DNA of 20,000 nucleotides from an uncultured virus (IMG/VR IMGVR_UViG_3300031949_000026). Taxonomy: Duplodnaviria > Heunggongvirae > Uroviricota > Caudoviricetes. This document shows positions 8,620-15,684 of the stretch, in pieces. The notes under the pieces are model-generated. The model was given only the letters and a program-made list of their open reading frames with translations, was not told the origin of the DNA and did no database searches. Numbering within the stretch: position 1 is the stretch's first letter; the number at the start of each line of letters is the position of its first letter. The translations under genes and the position numbers were made by a program. The DNA lies in the IMG/VR virus record IMGVR_UViG_3300031949_000026. The stretch is one strand, 5' to 3'.

Positions 8620-8758
8620 AGACCTCAAGGGGGCTCTCGCCCGCCTGTCATATTTCCCGTGGGACGGACTGGCGTACTTGTCCGACTCCCTTTCGGGGCT
8701 CGACGCACGAGCCGCGGAAGGGAGGCCCTGGAGGGTTTCCCCTCCAGGGCTCCCGGGA
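8620..8758 (-). promoter_or_regulatory. Structured intergenic RNA with GNRA-capped hairpins
   Basis: On the minus strand: GCCCTGGAGGG-GAAA-CCCTCCAGGGC (8725-8750), CCC-GAAA-GGG (about 8688-8697) and GGGC-GAGA-GCCC (about 8631-8642). Confidence 0.5.
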
Positions 8759-8761
8759 TCG

Positions 8762-9868
8762 CTAGAACCGCTCCGGCATCGACGACCGGGCGAACTCGTC
8801 GAAGGCTTCTCCGATCCCCGAGGGCTGCATCTCGACCCGATCCGTCTGGGTTTCGGTGAGATACGCGCCCATCGTGGCGTCTTCGCCTTCGCGAGCCGTC
8901 AGGAACGTCTCCGCCCCCGCGGGCGTGAGGTACGTCTCCATGATTCCCGCGGGCTGGATGTACTCGATCATCCCCTCGGCTCCGGCGGCCGGGAGATACT
9001 CCTGCACACCTCCGCCGCCGCGGAGTTCCTTGAGGACTTCCTTCTCGATCGCCTTGCGGAACTCCTCCGTCTCGGGCGCTTCGCCCAGAGTCGGGATGAA
9101 CTCCTTCGCGCTATCGGGGAGCGCCTCGGAGAGCACCTGCCAGAGGGTCGCGAGCAAGCCGCCCGCCAGGAACCGGGTCGTCATGTTCCGGTTCTTGGTG
9201 GCGATGCCCATGAACGCCGTTCCGAGGATCGTCGAGCCGAGCATCGTCCCGACGCGGCCGATGCCCGATTCCCCGAGCGACGGGATCACCTTCTTGTAGA
9301 GCAGACGGCCGCCCACGGCGACCCCGCCGAAGCCCAGACCCGTGTGGAACAGGGCTTCGAGCGTGTCCATCGAGAAGGCGTCCTGGAGCGCCGCCTTGAT
9401 CGCGCCGATCGGATCGGCCGACAGACGGACCGCCCTCGCCGGGTTCCGCCGGTAGTACCGGCGGCGCGGGTTGTGCCGGGCGTAGCGGCGGCGACGGCGC
9501 GGCGCGTTGCCCGGGTTGTGCCGGACCCGCCGCCGACGCCGGTAGCTCCGCGGGAAGCGGTAGCCCCTGATCTGTCCGCGACGGCGGCCCTTCCTGCGGC
9601 GCTTGGCGTACTTCGTGATCTTCCTCCAGCGGCGGCCGACCTTGACGAAGCCGCTCGGATTCCGGCTCCGGCGACGACGCCGGACCGTGCCCTTGGACCG
9701 CCGCGAAACAAACCGGCCGCTCGCGGAGCGGGCGGTCCGACGCCGCCTGACGCGACGGCGCGTGATGGTTTTCGCCATCTTGATCCTCCTTGCCCGTCGT
9801 GCGGGCGACTTGCGAACCGACCGGGGAACATCCCCGACCGGGTTTGCGAAAATCAATGCTCCGATCAT
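8762..9868 (-). CDS. Arg-rich putative DNA-condensing core/membrane protein, 368 aa
   Basis: N-terminal about 140 aa are extremely Arg-rich with repeated NP, followed by hydrophobic helices and C-terminal (E/T)Y(L/I)xPAG repeats. Confidence 0.75.
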   Translation of the reverse strand: MIGALIFANPVGDVPRSVRKSPARRARRIKMAKTITRRRVRRRRTARSASGRFVSRRSKGTVRRRRRSRNPSGFVKVGRRWRKITKYAKRRRKGRRRGQIRGYRFPRSYRRRRRVRHNPGNAPRRRRRYARHNPRRRYYRRNPARAVRLSADPIGAIKAALQDAFSMDTLEALFHTGLGFGGVAVGGRLLYKKVIPSLGESGIGRVGTMLGSTILGTAFMGIATKNRNMTTRFLAGGLLATLWQVLSEALPDSAKEFIPTLGEAPETEEFRKAIEKEVLKELRGGGGVQEYLPAAGAEGMIEYIQPAGIMETYLTPAGAETFLTAREGEDATMGAYLTETQTDRVEMQPSGIGEAFDEFARSSMPERF

Positions 9869-9871
9869 TTG

Positions 9872-12565
9872 CTACCCCCGCATCCAGTCCCCGGTCTTCT
9901 GACCGGGACCCATGACCTTGACGATCACCTTCCCGCCGCTCGCGGCGAGGACCGGAACCGGGCGGGGACGGCCGGAGCCGTCGCCCCACTCGTGCCGGTA
10001 CATATGCCGCCCCTTCCGGGAGCCCTTCGGCGGCTTGTACATCGTCTCGGGACTGTCGCCGTAGTGGGCGAACGAGGTCAACATCTCGATCTTCTTCGCG
10101 GAGCCGATCGGCAGCGTCTTCCAGATGACGAAATGGGGCTTCTTGTTCGCCTTCGTCTGGAGCCGCTCGGCCTCCTCGAACTGCCGCAGAAGTTCCGGGT
10201 TCCCGAGCTTCCGCACCCAGGCGCGGGCGCGCTCGATCGGAATCTTCTGGCCCTCGCGGAACGGGATGCGGACCGAGCCGGGATTCCCGACGACCCGCTT
10301 GGTCTGCTTCGTGACGGTCTCCGTGACCCGGACCGGCTTCCCGGCGCGGCGCGGATTCGAGCGGGAATGGTTCTCCTGCCACGAACGCATGAGCGCGCCC
10401 CGCGCGGAGTCGGTGAGACCCGCCCACGACGGGGCCGCCGCGAGCGCCCAGGCGTAGTCGTCCGGAAACCCGGCGAACTCAAGCGCCGCGTGCCGCTGAC
10501 GGCGCGTGAGCGAGGGCCACTTCCGGTCGATCGGCGGGTTTGCGAGGAGCACGGTCTGGAGGAGCGGGTTCGGCCGGACGGATTCCGGTCCATACTTGCG
10601 GATCACGTCCTCGGCCATCGCCGCGCGTCCCGTGTAGAAGCCTCGACGCTCTCCACGGAAACTCCGAGCACGATAAGCGTCGTTCGCGGCATCGGTCGCA
10701 AGCTGACCGCTTTCCCCGCGTGTAAGAGGGTTCCCGCGGGTCCATCCTCCTCCGCCCTTCTGGATATGAGAGATGGCCCTCTTCACGATCGCAGGCTTCG
10801 CGATGGTGAGCACTTCCCCGTCCCTCGCCTGCGCCCAGACGAAGGCGTTCCGAAGCAGCGAGGCGACCTTTCCTTCCAGGCCGCCCGGAACCTTGTAGGC
10901 GCGGACCGATCCATTCGGAATCGGCTGTCCGTATTCGCCGCGCTTGGGCTTGTAGATACCGACCTCTCCGAGAATTTTCGTCTTCTTCGTGAGAAGGGTC
11001 GAAGAACCCATCGCACGGACCGACGACATGAGGAGGAAGACCGGCCGCCAGCCGGTCGTCACCGAGACCGTGCCGCTCGCGACGTGACCGAAGTCGTCCA
11101 CCCAGATTCGCTTCCCGTTTTCGTAGTAGGGAATGAAGCGTGGATCGAGTTCGGAGTCGTCGAACTTCGATCCGTGCTGCGCCTTCGCGCGCGCGAGGAG
11201 ATCCTGATACGATCGACGCTCCCGGCCGGAGGCATAAGGATTGTCGCAGGTCGAAGGGTTCGAGCAGCAATTCTCCCGCGCCGGAACCCGGTAGCCCGCC
11301 TTGCGCGCCATCGAGTAGGCGATCGCGATCGCCTGCTGCTGCGGGTAGCCCTCACGAACGAGCATCCCGATCTTCCCGGAGATGAAGCTCTGCGCGTCGG
11401 CGCTCGCCGGGTTCCCGCGCGCGCCGGTCTTGCTCGCGGCGTACCCGCGGACGAAGCACCACGCCTCCTTGAGGCCGCGCGCGGTGTAGATGCCGTCGCC
11501 CCCGTGGTAGTCGGTCGGCTTCGTGAAGAAGCGGTAGCGCGTCATGCCGTCGCCGGGAGCCCAGGTCTCGATGTGGAGCCCGAGCGACTTCGCAAACTCG
11601 TCGAGCCCCCTACGACCCTCGCCGGGAGCGTTGCGGAACACCGCGGCTTCCGCCCGCTTGATCGTCGCCCCCTGGCGCATATCGAGAGGTCCGAACTCGG
11701 CCACCCCATCGGCGTAGCCGTAGGCGCGTCCTTTATAGTGGGCGGCGAGCCGACCGCTACGCTGTTGACCGGCGGAGACCATCGAGCCCAGCGCCATCGT
11801 GAGCGCCCGATCCGCCTCACGGCGCGTGAGCGGATTCGAGACCGGGCCGATCAGCCGGTCGTAGTTCCCGAGTTCCGCTTCGGCCTCGAAGCTGTCGCGG
11901 AACATTCTGGCTGCGACCTCCCGGGTCGCCCTGTTGAACATGGTGTCGATCCGGGGAATGTCGTGGGGACGCTCCGAGGAGACGACGTACTCTTTGATGT
12001 ACTTCTTCGCTCCGCTCTCCATGAGGTACATGAAGAGCGTGACGGCCTTCTCCCGATCGTAAACGCCCTTGCGCCGCTTGAGCATGAGGTTCTTGACGAT
12101 CGGAATGAACTGCTGACGATAGAGATCCGCGTCGTTCTCGATGAAGATTGCAAGCTCCCGAGCGGCGTCGGCGTCGGCCGGACCGGAGGGCGCGTTGTTG
12201 AAGGCGAAGACGTTCTTACGCGCCTTACCGTTCGGCCATGCGAAATCCGCGTTCGGCTCGGGGCTGCCTTCGTTGTTGAAGGCGAAAATGTTCCGGCGCG
12301 CGCCGTTCGGCTTCGCGATCAGGCCCATTTCCTCGGCATAGCCGATGACGGACCGCTTCAACTCCACACCACGCTTGAAGAATCCATCCCCGAACATCTG
12401 ACGGGCGTCGTCGTCCCACCACTCCGCGATCGTCCTCTGACCTCTCTTTTTGTCGCTGATACGGATGTGCAGCCGATCGCGCTCCTCCCAGACATTGACA
12501 TCGACCTCCGCCCGAGTGAGGAGACGGCGCGGGTTATTGAAGGCGAAGACGTTTTTCCGGCTCAT
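9872..12565 (-). CDS. Large modular NP-punctuated protein (putative virion core/cargo polyprotein), about 897 aa
   Basis: ATG at 12565 preferred over the track start at 12601 because of a GGAGG SD and ATGA overlap with the upstream stop. Contains many NP/NAP motifs and internal repeats. Confidence 0.8.
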   Translation of the reverse strand: MSRKNVFAFNNPRRLLTRAEVDVNVWEERDRLHIRISDKKRGQRTIAEWWDDDARQMFGDGFFKRGVELKRSVIGYAEEMGLIAKPNGARRNIFAFNNEGSPEPNADFAWPNGKARKNVFAFNNAPSGPADADAARELAIFIENDADLYRQQFIPIVKNLMLKRRKGVYDREKAVTLFMYLMESGAKKYIKEYVVSSERPHDIPRIDTMFNRATREVAARMFRDSFEAEAELGNYDRLIGPVSNPLTRREADRALTMALGSMVSAGQQRSGRLAAHYKGRAYGYADGVAEFGPLDMRQGATIKRAEAAVFRNAPGEGRRGLDEFAKSLGLHIETWAPGDGMTRYRFFTKPTDYHGGDGIYTARGLKEAWCFVRGYAASKTGARGNPASADAQSFISGKIGMLVREGYPQQQAIAIAYSMARKAGYRVPARENCCSNPSTCDNPYASGRERRSYQDLLARAKAQHGSKFDDSELDPRFIPYYENGKRIWVDDFGHVASGTVSVTTGWRPVFLLMSSVRAMGSSTLLTKKTKILGEVGIYKPKRGEYGQPIPNGSVRAYKVPGGLEGKVASLLRNAFVWAQARDGEVLTIAKPAIVKRAISHIQKGGGGWTRGNPLTRGESGQLATDAANDAYRARSFRGERRGFYTGRAAMAEDVIRKYGPESVRPNPLLQTVLLANPPIDRKWPSLTRRQRHAALEFAGFPDDYAWALAAAPSWAGLTDSARGALMRSWQENHSRSNPRRAGKPVRVTETVTKQTKRVVGNPGSVRIPFREGQKIPIERARAWVRKLGNPELLRQFEEAERLQTKANKKPHFVIWKTLPIGSAKKIEMLTSFAHYGDSPETMYKPPKGSRKGRHMYRHEWGDGSGRPRPVPVLAASGGKVIVKVMGPGQKTGDWMRG
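12194..12560 (-). repeat. Three copies of an R-[KR]-N-[VI]-F-A-F-N-N coding repeat
   Basis: gtt(g/a)ttgaaggcgaa(g/a)a..tt at about 12195, 12272 and 12533. Confidence 0.9.
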
Positions 12566-12870
12566 GCCGCGACCCTCCGACGCATCGGGACATAGGGCCA
12601 ACCCGCCGGGTTCCGGCGCGCGCCGCGGGACGCGAAGTGCGAGCCGATCGCGGCGGCGACCGCCGCGCCCGCGACGAGGGCCAGGACGACCGCCAGCCCG
12701 AACTTCGGGAGCACGTCTTCGACCATGACTTTCCTGATCGTCGGCTCCGCCGCTTCCGAGGCCGACGCCACGATCTCCTTCATGCGGGGCAGGAGCGCCG
12801 CGGTGATCTTGTCCGCGATCGGCATGATCGCGGCCGAGAGCGCATCCTGTCCCATGCCGTAGTGCTGCAC
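12562..12870 (-). CDS. Small membrane protein, 102 aa (MQHYGMGQDALSAA...TM...ARRNPAG)
   Basis: Real 3' part of the track's 475-aa ORF. GTG at 12870 with GGAG SD, 2 nt after the upstream stop; one TM segment. Confidence 0.8.
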   Translation of the reverse strand: MQHYGMGQDALSAAIMPIADKITAALLPRMKEIVASASEAAEPTIRKVMVEDVLPKFGLAVVLALVAGAAVAAAIGSHFASRGARRNPAGWPYVPMRRRVAA

Positions 12871-12872
12871 GT

Positions 12873-14384
12873 CTATCTCCGGCCCCTGCTCCTGCTCCTG
12901 GACTTGAAGAGGACGTAGCCCGCGGCGAGGGCCGTCACACCCGAGCCGAGCCAGAACCAGGGACTCGACAGGATCGACTTCGACGAGACGGGCATCATCT
13001 GGACCTGTGCGACCGGAGCGCCCGCGACCTTGTTCGTGGCGTTGGCGACGGCCGCCGCGTACTTCGCCTCGACCTTCGCCGTCACGACGGCTCCGGCGAC
13101 CTTCGCCGCCTCCGCGAGCGCCCCCGTCACCGTGTTGAGGACGGAGTTCCCGGCGTCGGTCGCCGCCTTCGCGGGCTCCGAATCGAGGCTCGTGACGAGC
13201 GTGGACTTCCACTCCTCGCCTTCCGCCCCCATCCCCGCGGGGACCCGCGTCGGGTTCTGCATGACGACCACCGCGCGGCGGCGGATTCCCATCGGCTGTT
13301 CCATCACGATCCTCACTTGTCTCTCGGGGGTCCCGGGCTGCTGCTCCTGGACGGTGGGACCGGCCTTCCAGAACCGGCGCACGTCGCGTCCGAGGTTCCC
13401 GTTCCAGGGAGAGCCCGGCGGATACGGCTGGTTTTCGATCTTGGTGTAGGGCTGGTCCCCTCTCCTGTAGTAGGGAGGGCCGTGATCGTCCGGCTGCCCC
13501 TTGAGGTGGACGATCCGGCGCGACGGGTTTTTCCCCTTCGACGCCTTGATGTACTTGAGACCCGGCTGGAGATCCGACTCGGGAATCTCCGTGTCGTGCG
13601 GCGGGAGAAGCTGCATGTTCGCCGCGTCGGAGACGGGGATGAGTCCCTCGGCCCCGTCCGGCCCGAACGACTTGGGGATGCCGTAGCCGTACTCCTCGGA
13701 CGGATAGAACTCTTCCTGTGGATTGGACGTGACGACATCCTCGACCTCCTGGCCGAGGCCGTTCCGGTGGAAGCCGTTGAGCCCGCTCATGCCCTTCCCT
13801 CCGACCACATCTTCGATCGGTCCCTCGGGCCAACGCGCGAAAAGTTCCGGAGCGACAGGCGGCCTCCAACCGGGCTTCGCGCTGGCCGTCGAAGGATCGA
13901 GCGCGTACCAGTCGCCGTTGACTCGGGCCGCGACCCAGACGTGGGAAAACTCGTCGGGGCGCTGGAGATCGACCTTGGCCGTCTCCCACGCATACTGAAA
14001 TCCGAGAATGCCCAGGAGCGCCGCCGTGTAGACGCCCGCGATCGTATCGCAGTCCCCCACGAAAAGACCGGGGCCTTTGTACTTCTTCGCCACCCGAGCT
14101 TCGATGATCGGCTGCATCGCGGCGATCGGATGCTCGATCTTCTCGATCTGGAACGGATCACGCTGGAAGATGCCGTGTTTCTTGATCCACCAAAAGATCG
14201 CGTCGAGGACGGCCGTCGTGGACGCGCGCCGGTCGCTCGGAACCTGTAGCCTGATCCAGGTCGCGATCCGCTGCATCGTCTTGTCGAGCTTCCCGAGCGC
14301 GACGAGCCGGTGCATCTTATCCAGGGTCTTTTTCGTCCCCCGGACGCCGCGCTCAAGACCTTCGATCGTGGACTGTTCGCGCAC
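12873..14384 (-). CDS. Transglutaminase-like cysteine protease (Cys-His-Asp) with C-terminal membrane anchor, 503 aa
   Basis: GDCD (Cys about 14050), FSHVWV (His about 13942) and WYALDPS (Asp about 13897) match the transglutaminase-like core. C-terminus is PWFWLGSGVTALAAGYVLF plus a basic tail. Start codon uncertain (no SD). Confidence 0.85.
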   Translation of the reverse strand: MREQSTIEGLERGVRGTKKTLDKMHRLVALGKLDKTMQRIATWIRLQVPSDRRASTTAVLDAIFWWIKKHGIFQRDPFQIEKIEHPIAAMQPIIEARVAKKYKGPGLFVGDCDTIAGVYTAALLGILGFQYAWETAKVDLQRPDEFSHVWVAARVNGDWYALDPSTASAKPGWRPPVAPELFARWPEGPIEDVVGGKGMSGLNGFHRNGLGQEVEDVVTSNPQEEFYPSEEYGYGIPKSFGPDGAEGLIPVSDAANMQLLPPHDTEIPESDLQPGLKYIKASKGKNPSRRIVHLKGQPDDHGPPYYRRGDQPYTKIENQPYPPGSPWNGNLGRDVRRFWKAGPTVQEQQPGTPERQVRIVMEQPMGIRRRAVVVMQNPTRVPAGMGAEGEEWKSTLVTSLDSEPAKAATDAGNSVLNTVTGALAEAAKVAGAVVTAKVEAKYAAAVANATNKVAGAPVAQVQMMPVSSKSILSSPWFWLGSGVTALAAGYVLFKSRSRSRGRR

Positions 14385-14395
14385 ACGTTAGTCCG

Positions 14396-14434
14396 AAAAA
14401 AAAGAGGACCCCGTGCAATGAGCACGAGGCCCCC
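14396..14434 (-). terminator. Intrinsic (Rho-independent) terminator
   Basis: Minus strand GGGGGCCTCGTGC-TCATT-GCACGGGGTCCTC followed by T8; 13-bp stem with three G-U pairs. Confidence 0.75.
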
Positions 14435-14516
14435 AAGAAGAAGAAGTCGAGTGGCGATAGGACAGAGCCATACGGTTCCTCGTTGCAAGGCCGTACAGCC
14501 CCTTGAGCGGGCTCTT

Positions 14517-14720
14517 CTATGCCTTCCGGGTATTGCCGATCACGCTGACGGTCGGGACGCTGCTCTTGAACCGAACCTCAAGGATCGCACCGCACTTTCC
14601 GGAGTCTCGGCGGTTTCCCTTGCAGTTCACTTGAGCCGTCCCCTCATACGCCCCGCGCATCACCCAACTCCCGCACATCGGGCACAGGATGACGACGCCT
14701 TCGACCGTCTCTTCGGCCAT
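14517..14720 (-). CDS. Small zinc-ribbon protein, Com-like, 67 aa
   Basis: ILCPMCGSWVMR...VNCKG...KCGAILEV has four Cys in an arrangement similar to the Mu Com family, with an expanded second knuckle. Confidence 0.65.
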   Translation of the reverse strand: MAEETVEGVVILCPMCGSWVMRGAYEGTAQVNCKGNRRDSGKCGAILEVRFKSSVPTVSVIGNTRKA

Positions 14721-14793
14721 TTAAGCAAAAAGCCGCGAGTTTCCTCGCGGCCCTTCCATCCCTGAACGGATGCTGCTGCCGTCTTCGATGCTA

Positions 14794-14825
14794 ACTATAA
14801 CACAGAAACGACGATCAGGTGTCAA
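14794..14825 (-). promoter_or_regulatory. Sigma70-type promoter: TTGACA ... TG-T-TATAGT (extended -10), 20-bp spacer
   Basis: tgtcaa at 14820-14825 and actata at 14794-14799; AT-rich upstream; located in an intergenic gap. Confidence 0.65.
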
Positions 14826-14875
14826 GTATTAAATGATGATGGTGTCCTAGCTTGAATCCTACCGTTGAAAGATCC

Positions 14876-15154
14876 CTAGGGAGCTTTGTAGCGTTTCTTT
14901 ACTTCGTCTAGGATGAAAGTCTTATTGGACCCTTCCGCATCGACCATATCGACGATCCCGTTTTCGTGAAGGGCATCGACCCAGGCTTTGTCGCGTTTCT
15001 CGATTACTTCTTTACTGTTCTTAGAGATCGCTTCAAGGGCACCGTCCAGCGCCTTCCTCGCCTTCCACATCTCTACGCTGGCGTGGATGGCGCAAGCTGA
15101 CGGAGGGTGGGGAACATCGTCCTTGTACTCCATGTCGCAAGTCGGACAGTTCAT
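14876..15154 (-). CDS. Hypothetical protein, 92 aa (N-terminal CxxC...H...C)
   Basis: Fills the space between repeat copies; lower GC; stop TAG lies within the repeat palindrome. Confidence 0.7.
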   Translation of the reverse strand: MNCPTCDMEYKDDVPHPPSACAIHASVEMWKARKALDGALEAISKNSKEVIEKRDKAWVDALHENGIVDMVDAEGSNKTFILDEVKKRYKAP

Positions 15155-15161
15155 GGCAATC

Positions 15162-15350
15162 CTACCGTTGGAAGAGTTTTGCTGAAAGCGCCTTCGCGCC
15201 AGCCTGCGTGATCCTCACTGGACCAAAGATCCACCAGCGCCGACGGGCCCACCCACGACGAACAAGCTCCTCGGCAACCGTCACGAACCTTTCGCAAGGA
15301 GAGTCCCAAGTCCCCTTCTGCACGAGGTAGAGGAGGTAGGTCATCATCAT
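15162..15350 (-). CDS. Hypothetical protein, 62 aa (winged-helix-like ELVRRGW...RITQAG pattern)
   Basis: Fills the space between repeat copies; stop TAG lies within the repeat. Confidence 0.6.
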   Translation of the reverse strand: MMMTYLLYLVQKGTWDSPCERFVTVAEELVRRGWARRRWWIFGPVRITQAGAKALSAKLFQR

Positions 15351-15374
15351 GCCGTTAATCGTACCGTTGATAGA

Positions 15375-15629
15375 TTAGCTGGGAACAGCCAGCGTCGCCT
15401 GAAGATCCATCCAGACCTTCACGCAACGCCACCTCCCAAACTCTTCGGGTTTCTCGTCGTACAGGGCGTCGATGGCTTTCTTTAGCGCGGCCTTAGCATT
15501 GAAGACGATGCCGTGCCATCTCCACGACGTCCCATCGATCGGACGCCCTTGTTCGTTGAACTTCATGAAGTCCACGACCCAGAAGGAGTCGGGCCAGTCC
15601 TCCGAGTCTGCCAGCGTCTCTTCCTTCAT
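15375..15629 (-). CDS. Hypothetical protein, 84 aa
   Basis: GAGAGG SD; fills the space between repeat copies. Confidence 0.7.
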   Translation of the reverse strand: MKEETLADSEDWPDSFWVVDFMKFNEQGRPIDGTSWRWHGIVFNAKAALKKAIDALYDEKPEEFGRWRCVKVWMDLQATLAVPS

Positions 15630-15684
15630 CTCGACCCTCTCAATCTTACGTTGGATAGATCCCTAGGGACTACTCCAATCACAA

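Larger units (their letters stand above)
14855..15669. repeat. Four dispersed direct repeats AATC(C/G/T)TAC(C)GTTGRWAGA bounding three small ORFs
   Basis: Copies at 14855-14882, 15158-15176, 15357-15376 and 15642-15669. The outer two extend with the palindrome TCCCTAGGGA. Confidence 0.85.

Noticed and set aside
14855..15669. Repeat array considered as CRISPR or a canonical integron
   Set aside because: The spacers are 180-280-bp ORFs, the repeats are degenerate, and no cas or intI gene is seen. The sites are too short for canonical attC.
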